The notes under the pieces: generated by a model
What the model was told of the DNA's origin: nothing
The model's input: only the letters and a program-made list of their open reading frames with translations
Database searches by the model: none
Shown: piece by piece, positions 7,727-16,524 of the stretch
Numbering within the stretch: position 1 is the stretch's first letter
Layout: each line of letters starts with the position of its first letter
Made by a program: the position numbers and the translations under genes
Source of the DNA: Candidatus Latescibacterota bacterium
GTDB taxonomy: Bacteria; Latescibacterota; UBA2968; UBA8231
DNA length: 64,000 bases
Assembly (NCBI GenBank): GCA_965203355.1
Contig: OZ241889.1
Coordinates: forward strand, 1,536,001 to 1,600,000
Reading direction: 5' to 3'

Positions 7727-10243
7727 ATGATTAAACGCATGAAAATTGCGTCCCGGCTGGCGACCGTGTTGGTGGTCGCCACGGCCGGGACGATCACCGC
7801 GCAAGAGGGCGGCGTGTTCACGGCTGGCGATCTGTGGGATTCCTTCTTTCCCAGCAACGCCGGTTCTTGGTATCGCGAAACCGATGACGATCCGACCGCC
7901 CGCTTTAATCTCTTCCGCGTCGGCAATTGGGATCGCCAGTGGACGACGCCGACCCAGACCTATCCGGGCGGCGAGAATCTGCACCTGCCTTGGGGCCAGG
8001 ATTTGCAGATGGCGGAATACAGCCCCGAAGAGATCAATATCACCACCGACAGCAATGCGCCCCGGGCCAAGCACTATTTGCACGGCTTCTACACCAGTAA
8101 CTTGGATGGTGCTGGCGATGCGGCGCGCAACTTTACCAGCCCGGGTGCCGAATGGGTTGATGCCGACCGCAACGAAATGCGCTACGAGGGCGCGATGCCG
8201 ACCAACCTCGGCGTTGATGTGCGCTGGCGGATGCGGCAATTTGCCGCCAATCACGGCAACCTCAACGACTTCATCGTCATTGAGTTGGAGCTTACCAACA
8301 CCGGCGTACTCGACGCCGATGGCGATGGTACGCCCGAAAAGACCGACAACCGCATCCACGCGCTCACCCTGCATCTGCAAAACGAGCCGATCAATTCTAT
8401 GACGAACCGCAATAATGGCCGTCGCGGTGCTTCGGGGTGGTTTACCGGCCCGACCTCTGGGTACGATGCCACGCCCGACGCCAGCGGGGCGCCGTGGGAT
8501 GTGCCGGTGGTGTTTACCGGCCCGTCGCCGAGTACGCTCGGCGAGCCGCATCCGGTCTTTGGTTCGTCGACCGGCTGGTCGGCCGATGGTGCGCGCCTGT
8601 TGGGCGTTACCATGCGCAGTCGGGGATATTACTACGACATCTACAATGGAATGCAGTGGATCGCCGCCAAACAGGGCGCGTTGCCAGCAAGCGGCAGCAG
8701 CGCCAGCGCAGCCGACAAGCACACCATCTACGACAGCCACCCCGTCGGCGTAGGTGCCGAGCGCGGTTGGTTCACTTCCGTGCTCAAGGACGACGGCGGC
8801 TACCGCAATCCACGCGAGAATCACATCTACGCGATGGCCGCGTTTTTCGACGGCGAACAGATCGGCAGCCGCGCTTGGGACAAGGGGGCCGCTATCCAGA
8901 ACGAGAGCAGCTTGGTGCCCGACCCCAACTGGTTCGATCCCGATCATCCAGACATCGTCCCCGGCGACCCGCTGTCGTTCGTCAACGCCGTGCGGCCCGC
9001 TGGCGAGCGCGGCCAGCCCTTGGGCGACATGAAGTACAACAACACCTTCATCCAAAACTGGGAGGTCGATCCGAGCCGTTCGCTGGACGACCAACCCGAT
9101 TGGGCGTGGACGCAGGGCTACGCGATTGACCACAACTTCGACGGTATGTTGCAGGTGGGCATCGGCCCATTCTCCTTGGAGGTGGGCGAGACCATCAACT
9201 TGGTGCTCGTGGAGTACGCGGGGTTCCGGTTGCAAGGGGCCCGCGCCGCCCGCAGCACGGCGCAGTGGGCGTATGAAAACAATTTCGACGCTCCCGCGCC
9301 CCCGCCGACGCCCCACATCGAAGTAGCGCCCAACACGGACGTCAAAGTCGATGTCAAGTGGGACGACCGGGCCGAAGCGGCCCCTGACTTTGCTGGCTAC
9401 AAGGTCTATCGCTCGACCCTGTTCCCGCGCGTCAATTCGCTCGATGTCGGCCTGCGCATCATCGACCGCTACCACGAACAGACCGAGGAAAATCCCACGG
9501 ACGCACAACTGGCCGCCTTTGGTGCTGACAACAACCCCAACATCAGTTCTGGATCCTACAAGCCGCAGGAGCCAGCGGCGTGGGGGCCTTATCGGCTCAT
9601 TGCCCACGTGCCTAGCAGCGAGTTGGGCAACTACCTCAACGACGGGCCGGACAGCGACGAGTTCAAATACAAGTTTGCCGATACCAGCGACTTGGTGACC
9701 TTTGGGTTCACCTATTATTACTATGTCGCGGCGTACGATAACGAGTCGGGCGAGATCAATGGCCAGCCCTTTAGTTCGCTGGAGACGCATCGGCACAACT
9801 TTAATGGCCGCGATGGATTGTGGAAGGACACGTACCACTACGCGACCGCCAGTTCGTTTTTCCCCGGTACCTTGGCGGGGCAAAAGGCCATTGGCGCGCC
9901 CTTTATTCTCAAAGCACCGCTGGCCGATGCCGGCGCACTCGTAAGCGGCGAGCTCGCCGTCCGCGTGGTGCCCAATCCCTACAAGAAGGGTGCGCTACAC
10001 GATACCGGCACCGAGCACAAGATGCTCTTCATCAACCTGCCGACCGGCACCAAGATCACCATCTTTGACGTGGCTGGGCAGGTCATCGACGTGCTCCACT
10101 TCGACAGTACCAACCCGTTCGACGGCACGCTGTTTTGGGACATGTTTTCCAAGGACGGCATTGAGGTAGCCAGCGGACTGTACATCTACGTGGCCGAGTA
10201 CCCGGGCGGAACGCAGACCGGGCACTTCGCCATTCTGCGCTGA
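7727..10243 (+). CDS. Secreted protein with Fn3-like region and T9SS type A-like C-terminal sorting domain
   Basis: Signal peptide; 'DFAGYKVYRS', 'YYYYVAAYD'; C-terminal 'VRVVPNPY...KITIFDVAGQVI...VASGLYIY...FAILR'. Confidence 0.75.
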   Translation: MIKRMKIASRLATVLVVATAGTITAQEGGVFTAGDLWDSFFPSNAGSWYRETDDDPTARFNLFRVGNWDRQWTTPTQTYPGGENLHLPWGQDLQMAEYSPEEINITTDSNAPRAKHYLHGFYTSNLDGAGDAARNFTSPGAEWVDADRNEMRYEGAMPTNLGVDVRWRMRQFAANHGNLNDFIVIELELTNTGVLDADGDGTPEKTDNRIHALTLHLQNEPINSMTNRNNGRRGASGWFTGPTSGYDATPDASGAPWDVPVVFTGPSPSTLGEPHPVFGSSTGWSADGARLLGVTMRSRGYYYDIYNGMQWIAAKQGALPASGSSASAADKHTIYDSHPVGVGAERGWFTSVLKDDGGYRNPRENHIYAMAAFFDGEQIGSRAWDKGAAIQNESSLVPDPNWFDPDHPDIVPGDPLSFVNAVRPAGERGQPLGDMKYNNTFIQNWEVDPSRSLDDQPDWAWTQGYAIDHNFDGMLQVGIGPFSLEVGETINLVLVEYAGFRLQGARAARSTAQWAYENNFDAPAPPPTPHIEVAPNTDVKVDVKWDDRAEAAPDFAGYKVYRSTLFPRVNSLDVGLRIIDRYHEQTEENPTDAQLAAFGADNNPNISSGSYKPQEPAAWGPYRLIAHVPSSELGNYLNDGPDSDEFKYKFADTSDLVTFGFTYYYYVAAYDNESGEINGQPFSSLETHRHNFNGRDGLWKDTYHYATASSFFPGTLAGQKAIGAPFILKAPLADAGALVSGELAVRVVPNPYKKGALHDTGTEHKMLFINLPTGTKITIFDVAGQVIDVLHFDSTNPFDGTLFWDMFSKDGIEVASGLYIYVAEYPGGTQTGHFAILR

Positions 10244-10259
10244 ACCGAACAGGGGAGAC

Positions 10260-11288
10260 TTGAAAATGAAAGTGTTAAAACTCATTGCAGTGCTGGGGTT
10301 GGCCCTCTCGTTGGCGCAACCCGTTGGCGCCGATGTGCGCAAGTCTGGCCTGACTGGTGCCGCGTTTCTCAAGGTTGGCGTGGGTGCCAGACCGGTCGCG
10401 CTCGGTTCGGCCTATACGACCGTGGCTGGCGACGTCCACCAGCTATTTTGGAACCCAGCCGGTGCGTCTTTGAGCGGCGGCGAAAGCCAAGTACTGCTGT
10501 CGCACAACTCGTGGATCGCGGATTTGTCGCACGACGCCTTTGGGTTCGCACGCGACATGGGCGACATGGGCACCTTGGGCATTGGCGTGGTGACGCTCGG
10601 GTTGAGCGACATTGACGCCGACCGCGACGTGGTGCCGCAGTTCGTCCTCGACGCGGGAACGTTCGATCCCAACGACACCGAGACCGCGGACACCTACAGC
10701 TACCGAGATTTGGCTGTGGGCGCGACGTGGGCGCGCAGCATCACCGACCGACTCAGCCTAGGGGCGACCGGCAAAATCGTGAGCCAGACCATCGACGGTG
10801 TCAACGCCACCGCGTATGCGGCTGATTTCGGTGCGCTCTACCGCGTCAATTCCACGTACACCATCGGTGCGCGGATCAACAATCTGGGCAGCGATCTGAA
10901 GTTCTACGACATCGGTGCGCCGCTGCCGCTGATATTCAGCATTGGCGCGGCCGCCGCCGTCTTTGACGACCCAGACAGCGGTATGAAGGTGACCCTGCTC
11001 GCCGATGCCACTAAGCCGCAAGACGCCGAGCAACTCGTGTACGCGGCGGCTGAGGTGGAGCTTTTCGACATGCTCAGCCTTCGCTCCGGCTACAAGTACA
11101 ACTATCAGGGCGTAGAGGATGAGAAAGTCGATGAGGTCAGCGGCGCGGTCGTCCCGGCTGGCCGCAGTGAGGAGGGGCTGACGGCTGGGCTAGGTCTCGA
11201 GTTGAGCATGGCCACAGTCGATTACGCCTTTACCTCGTTTGGCATCCTCGACAGCGTGCATCAGTTTTCCTTGCAGTTCCGCTTCTGA
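10260..11288 (+). CDS. PorV/PorQ family outer-membrane beta-barrel protein
   Basis: 'AAFLKVGVGARPVALG.AY.....D...LFWNPAG' signature; C-terminal Phe. Confidence 0.85.
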   Translation: MKMKVLKLIAVLGLALSLAQPVGADVRKSGLTGAAFLKVGVGARPVALGSAYTTVAGDVHQLFWNPAGASLSGGESQVLLSHNSWIADLSHDAFGFARDMGDMGTLGIGVVTLGLSDIDADRDVVPQFVLDAGTFDPNDTETADTYSYRDLAVGATWARSITDRLSLGATGKIVSQTIDGVNATAYAADFGALYRVNSTYTIGARINNLGSDLKFYDIGAPLPLIFSIGAAAAVFDDPDSGMKVTLLADATKPQDAEQLVYAAAEVELFDMLSLRSGYKYNYQGVEDEKVDEVSGAVVPAGRSEEGLTAGLGLELSMATVDYAFTSFGILDSVHQFSLQFRF

Positions 11289-11315
11289 GGCTGCGCTGCG
11301 ATTTGCTGAGAAAAT

Positions 11316-11351
11316 AAGCCTCCGGGGCCTTTGGGCTTTGGAGGCTTTTTT
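11316..11351 (+). terminator. Rho-independent terminator
   Basis: AAGCCTCC...GGAGGCTT stem followed by a T run, ~30 nt after the PorV-family stop. Confidence 0.85.
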
Positions 11352-11656
11352 CTTGCTATGGCCGCATGACAACTAAGCCCGTGCCGCTTCTCAAGGGGCA
11401 GCTTATACCTATGCAATTGCTGGAGAAGTATTCGGTGCATCTTGGCACTGAATGGAATGCCAAGCATGAGTCCGTTGGGCAGCGTCCCGGGTATCTGGGG
11501 ATTTGCTGAAATGACGGTGTGGGACAAGGCGCGGAACGAGTTGCTGGCGGACCTTACCGAGATCGTCCGTTTTGAGGCAGAACGCACCCAATCCATTCAA
11601 CAGCCAAACCGTCATCTCGTACTTCCCGTTACAAACCGGGTGCAGCGCGCCTAGCG

Positions 11657-11825
11657 GTGTTCGCGTTGACCGGGCAGCGAGTGGCGGTCTTGAACGAGGG
11701 GCCGCAGCCGGCTGGCCACTATAGCCTCGGCTGGGATGGTCGCGACCGCGAAGGGCGTCCGTTGGCCAGCGGCGTTGGTGACCGCCGAGAGTGTTCTGAC
11801 GCGCAAGCTCATTCTGCTGCGATGA
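11657..11825 (+). pseudogene. Orphan FlgD-Ig/T9SS C-terminal domain fragment, frameshifted
   Basis: 'VFALTGQRVAVL...GHYSLGWDGRD..GRPLASGV' then in another frame 'VTAESVLTRKLILLR*'; the usual intervening aromatic segment is missing. Confidence 0.75.
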
Positions 11826-12100
11826 GCGGACTGTCTAGTTAGGTTTATAGAGGAAATCCGCGCACGAAAACCGGCCCTGCCGGGTTGAGGTTTTGGCTGC
11901 TGGTCGAGCGTTCTCGGCAGTTGGCGATTGATGCCGATGAATCGAAGCCCCCAATCTCAGGTACATGGCGAAAATTTTTAGAATGACAAAGGCAATACGG
12001 GAAAAATGGCAGATGGCGTAGGCAAATGTGGGCGCGTAGGCGATTTGTAAAATCATTGGCGAGCGCGATGCGACCTTGCGAAGCGATCCGTCAGAAGGCG

Positions 12101-15100
12101 ATGGTTGCCCTCCGCGTAAGTACGGGGGTTCTAGCCTTGCTGCTCACGAGCTCGGCCCTCGCCGCCGAAACAGAAGCGCGGCTGCGGCGCACAGTGGAGA
12201 CGCTCTCGGCCCCGGCCTCGCGGATGACGGGCTATCCGGGGGCTGCGGTAGCCCGCGAGTGGCTGGTCGCCGAGCTAGAGGGTTTGGGAGTAGCCGAATT
12301 CTACCGACACGAGTTCCCGGTGTTGGTGCCGATCGACGAGGGATTCTGGCTCGAATGCGCCGGGGAGCGGATCGAATTGTTTGGTGTCTGGCCCAACTTG
12401 GTGCGGACGCCGACTCTGCCAGCCGAAGGACTTGAGGGGTCGTTGGTGTACGGCGGGGATGGCAGCCTGCTCGAGCGGCAGCAGGTGGCTGGGCGGATCA
12501 TCCTCCTCGACTATGGCTCGGGCGCAGCTTGGGTGGATGCTTTTCACTTGGGGGCTGAGGCCGTGGTGTTTTTGGAATCGGCTGGGGCACATCGCAAGGA
12601 AGCCGAGCAAAAGTTTCTCGACGTGCCGGCCGACTTGCCGCGTCTCTATGCGCGCAAAGACGCGGCCGAGCGGTTGCGGGTGTTGGCCATGTCGCGGCCG
12701 CAGGTGCGATTGCGGGGGCGGATGGCGTGGCAGGAGGTGATCGCGCAGAATTTGGTCGCCGTGATTCCCGGGCAAGATGCGGCACTGAAGGAGGAGGTCG
12801 TCTTTCTCGCCGCGCATTACGACGCAGTGTCGCCGGTGCCGGCGTTAGCACCGGGAGCCGAGCAAGCGGCGAGTGCGGCCGCGCTGTTGGAATTGGCCCG
12901 GGGATTTGCCGAGCGGCCGCCCCAGCGCACGGTCGCGTTGCTGTGGCTGGCTGGCCACTTTCAGAACATGGCGGGGATGCGCCATTTCGCGCCGTTGTTG
13001 CTGGCGGCCGCTCGGCAGCGAGAGGGCGGGGTGGAAGAGACGGCGCTTTTGCGGCGACTCAGCGGGCTAGAAACGCGCTTTTTGGTGGGTTTGGATCTGT
13101 CGTCGCACAGCCCGCGGCTCGGGGCGTTCAGGCCGCGCGATCCGTATCGCGTCTCCTTGCTCGCGCCGCCGATCACCGAGCGGTTGCTAAAGCTGGTAAC
13201 GGCGTACGAAGACGCTGCGTTGGGCGGCAAGCAGGTGCTGGTCAATGGCCTGAAGCAGGACTTTGCCCGCCAGGGGCTTGGGGGGATGGCGCTGACGGTG
13301 CCGTTGGATGCGGCGGTAGCGGCCCTCACCGGATGCCCGGCGTTGGCCTTTTGCACGGTCAACGACAGCCGCGCCCGTTTTGACTCGCCCGTTGATGATT
13401 CTGGAGCGGTGCGCTTTGACTGGTTGGCTGGTCAAGTCGCGCTGCTACAGGGTGTGCTGCCCGCGCTTATTGACGACCCGGAGTTAGAGCCGTGGGCTTG
13501 GGGCAACGATGCGTTTGGCACCATTCGCGGGGAAGTGGTCCACTACGGGCCGCGCAGCTATCTGCCGGATCAGCCTACGGCTGGGGCCTTGGTGCGGGTG
13601 CGGCTGCGCCATCCGACGTTGGCTGGGGTGCGGCCGGATTTTTGGGCGGCAGCGGATGATTCGGGGCGGTTTGCCATCCCCGGCGTTGAATCGGGCATCA
13701 TCTACACGAAGCCGGTGCGGTTGGAGGCGTATCGACTTGATGCGGAGACCGGGCGGGTGACGGACGCGCCGGACTGGGGGATCAATGGGGAACGCAAGTT
13801 GCCGGGACGTGCGTTGACGGTGACGATGGATAGTCCCGAGGACGAGGTGCAGATCGTCACCGCGCCGCTGCGGGGAACGGCGCTATTTGGGATTTTTGAT
13901 CCGCGCAATTTATCAACCCTAGAACGGATCCAAGCCATTGACGCGACGCTGGAAGCCGAGCCGGTGATGTACGGGGCCTGCCTGCCGCTGACCGCTCCAG
14001 AAATGGAGCTATTCAGCTATGTGAATCGGGTGGGGTCGTGGACGGAGCCGGTCGGCGTGATTTTTACGCAGCCTAATGAGCGGTTTAAGGCCGTGATGGC
14101 GACGGGCCGCTATGGGTTGGGACGACGGCTGCTGTTGCTCAATGGGACGGAGGACGTTCCGAGTGGGGTGGGCTATGCGGTTGATGGGAAGGGGCGCATC
14201 GTGGAGACGGTGTATCGGGTGGCTGCCGACCTACACGTGCTCAATGGCGAGCGGATTGATCGGCTGGAGCGACACGGTGTGCGCAATGGGCGGCTGGCGG
14301 CCTTTAACGAGCGGTCGGCCGGGTTGCTCGCAGAAGCAGAAGTAGCACGCGCTGAGCACCGGCACCGGGACTTTTTCGATCGGGCGCGGCGCGCTTGGGC
14401 ACTGGCGGCGGCGGCCTATCGGGACGTGGAGCGGACGCAAGCCGGGGTGGTGCAGGGCGCGCTTTTTTTGTTGGCCGTGCTGATTCCGTTTGCCCACTTT
14501 GCCGAGCGGTTGGCGTTTGGGTTTGCCGATTTGCGGCGGCAGGTATTTGCCTATTTCGCGCTCTTTCTCGTGGGCTTTGTCGCCCTGCGCTATGTGCATC
14601 CGGCCTTTGAATTGTCGATCTCGCCGGCGATTATCTTGCTCGGCTTCGTCATATTGGCGTTGGGGATCTTGGTCACGTTTCTGGGGATGTCGCGGTTGAA
14701 CCGGGAGTTGCAGGAATTGGGCAGTCGGCGCGGACAGATCGCGGTGCAGCGGTCGGGTGCGGTGCTGACGTCGGTCGCCGTGGGGTTGGCGCATTTGCGG
14801 CGGCGACCGTGGCGCACGGGGCTGACCTGCGCGACGCTGGTGCTGTTGACCTTTTCGGTGCTGTCCTTTACCTCGGTCCGCGCTGCGCTGCACACCAATT
14901 GGATTGCGATCGGCGAGGACGCGGCGTACGAAGGCGCGTTGGTGCGGATGCCGGGCTGGCAGGCCATGGAACTGGCAGGCTACGACCTATTGCGCGATTG
15001 GTTTGGCGACGAGCAGGTCGCGCCGCGGGCGTGGCTGTCGGTGGGATCGCTGGCGTCTTCCTATCGAGTTGAGCGGGATGACGCAGCGGAACGCGCGGTC

Positions 15101-16465
15101 GGGGTTTGGGGGTTTGTCGGGCTGGCGGCGCAGGAAGCGAGGGTCCTCGGCCCAGCGCTGGTGGCCGGGCGGTGGCTGCGGCCCGGGGAAGAGGACGCCT
15201 GTCTGTTGCCGGTGGGCTTGGCGGATTCTTTGGGGGTCCGCGCCGAGGGCTTGGAACGGGTGCGGATTTTTGGCGAGGTGTTTCGGGTGGTTGGGTTGCT
15301 CGCCGATGACGCGCTGGATCGGCTCGATCTGAATGGCGAGCCCCTGACCCCGTTGGATCCAGAAGCGCAACAGCCATCGGAAGCGGAAGTGGGACGCGGG
15401 CAGGGCGGAAAGTTGCGGCCGTTTGCCCATTTGCCCGCGTCGGCGACACCGGTCTTGCCGTTTGCCGCGCTGATGCGGTGGGAAGGGGTGCGGCTGGCGT
15501 CGGTGGGAATCCGGCTGGATGGGAACGCGGAGGCAACGCGGAGTGCGCTGGTAGAGCTGGCCGAGACCTTGGATTTGAACCTGTTCGCTGGCTTTGGCGG
15601 GCAGTGCTTGCTGGTCAATTCGGTTGGGGTGGCGTCGGTGTCGGGATGGGGGTCGCTGATCGTGCCGCTGCTGATCGCCGGATTGATCGTGTTTAACACC
15701 ATGCTCGGGGCTGTGTACGAGCGGACGCAGGAAATCGGCACCTTTAACGCCGTTGGCTTAGCCCCCGGGCACGTCAGCGGGCTGTTCATAGCGGAAGCCG
15801 TGGCGTTGGGCGTGGTCGGCACGGTCGCGGGATACCTGTTAGGGCAAGGCGCGGCGCAGCTTTTGGCCCAAGGGGGTTTTTTGCCCGGCTTGGAGCTGAA
15901 TTACTCGTCGCTAGGGGCCGTGCTCACCGTTGGCGCGATCGCGCTGTTGGTGGTGGCGTCGGCGCTCTATCCGGCGCGCATGGCCGGGCGGATCTGCACG
16001 CCGGGCATTGAACGGCGTTGGCGGTTGCCGGTCGTCGAGGGCGAGCATTTGCGCGTGCAACTGCCTTTCTCGTTGGCGCGGCGCGAAGCGCTCGGCATGG
16101 CGGCGTTTCAAGCGGAAGCGTGGTCGGCCAATCAAGAGCAGTCGATCGGGGCGGGATTTTACGTCGAAGCCTTGCAGGTGGAGCAGGTGGGGGAAAAGGT
16201 GCAGGTGGCGGCGCGGGTGTGGTTGGCGCCGTTTGACCAAGGCGTGGTGCAAGATACCGCGATGGAGATAGAGCCGGGGCCGGACCCGAATTATTGCGAC
16301 ATTCACGTTGACTTGGCGTTGGCGGCTGGCGATCTGGCGACGTGGCAGCGCGTGGTGCGCACCTTTTTGGACGATGTGCGCAAGCAATTTTTGATCTGGC
16401 GCACCTTGGACGCGGATAGTCGCCGCTACTACGCCGAGCAGTTGCCGCAGTGGGAGCGGGGCTGA
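12101..16465 (+). CDS. Large membrane protein: M28-peptidase-like periplasmic domain fused to FtsX/MacB-type permease
   Basis: 'NLVAVIPG', 'AAHYDAVS' (M28-like); C-terminal 'NTMLGAVYERTQEIGTFNAVGL' FtsX signature; start uncertain (ORF open from 12026). Confidence 0.8.
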   Translation: MVALRVSTGVLALLLTSSALAAETEARLRRTVETLSAPASRMTGYPGAAVAREWLVAELEGLGVAEFYRHEFPVLVPIDEGFWLECAGERIELFGVWPNLVRTPTLPAEGLEGSLVYGGDGSLLERQQVAGRIILLDYGSGAAWVDAFHLGAEAVVFLESAGAHRKEAEQKFLDVPADLPRLYARKDAAERLRVLAMSRPQVRLRGRMAWQEVIAQNLVAVIPGQDAALKEEVVFLAAHYDAVSPVPALAPGAEQAASAAALLELARGFAERPPQRTVALLWLAGHFQNMAGMRHFAPLLLAAARQREGGVEETALLRRLSGLETRFLVGLDLSSHSPRLGAFRPRDPYRVSLLAPPITERLLKLVTAYEDAALGGKQVLVNGLKQDFARQGLGGMALTVPLDAAVAALTGCPALAFCTVNDSRARFDSPVDDSGAVRFDWLAGQVALLQGVLPALIDDPELEPWAWGNDAFGTIRGEVVHYGPRSYLPDQPTAGALVRVRLRHPTLAGVRPDFWAAADDSGRFAIPGVESGIIYTKPVRLEAYRLDAETGRVTDAPDWGINGERKLPGRALTVTMDSPEDEVQIVTAPLRGTALFGIFDPRNLSTLERIQAIDATLEAEPVMYGACLPLTAPEMELFSYVNRVGSWTEPVGVIFTQPNERFKAVMATGRYGLGRRLLLLNGTEDVPSGVGYAVDGKGRIVETVYRVAADLHVLNGERIDRLERHGVRNGRLAAFNERSAGLLAEAEVARAEHRHRDFFDRARRAWALAAAAYRDVERTQAGVVQGALFLLAVLIPFAHFAERLAFGFADLRRQVFAYFALFLVGFVALRYVHPAFELSISPAIILLGFVILALGILVTFLGMSRLNRELQELGSRRGQIAVQRSGAVLTSVAVGLAHLRRRPWRTGLTCATLVLLTFSVLSFTSVRAALHTNWIAIGEDAAYEGALVRMPGWQAMELAGYDLLRDWFGDEQVAPRAWLSVGSLASSYRVERDDAAERAVGVWGFVGLAAQEARVLGPALVAGRWLRPGEEDACLLPVGLADSLGVRAEGLERVRIFGEVFRVVGLLADDALDRLDLNGEPLTPLDPEAQQPSEAEVGRGQGGKLRPFAHLPASATPVLPFAALMRWEGVRLASVGIRLDGNAEATRSALVELAETLDLNLFAGFGGQCLLVNSVGVASVSGWGSLIVPLLIAGLIVFNTMLGAVYERTQEIGTFNAVGLAPGHVSGLFIAEAVALGVVGTVAGYLLGQGAAQLLAQGGFLPGLELNYSSLGAVLTVGAIALLVVASALYPARMAGRICTPGIERRWRLPVVEGEHLRVQLPFSLARREALGMAAFQAEAWSANQEQSIGAGFYVEALQVEQVGEKVQVAARVWLAPFDQGVVQDTAMEIEPGPDPNYCDIHVDLALAAGDLATWQRVVRTFLDDVRKQFLIWRTLDADSRRYYAEQLPQWERG

Positions 16466-16524
16466 ATGTTGCGCGGGAGCTGGAAAATTAGGACAACGCA
16501 AGGAATGGTCGAAAGATTGACAAA

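Noticed and set aside
7697-9883. 728-aa minus-strand ORF and other long antisense ORFs (e.g. 24366-25721, 29532-30698, 43972-44940)
   Set aside because: Shadows of well-supported genes in high-GC DNA, with no recognisable motifs.
12016-12026. 11-bp gcgtaggcaaa shared (inverted) with 20686-20696
   Set aside because: Too short to distinguish from chance in 64 kb.
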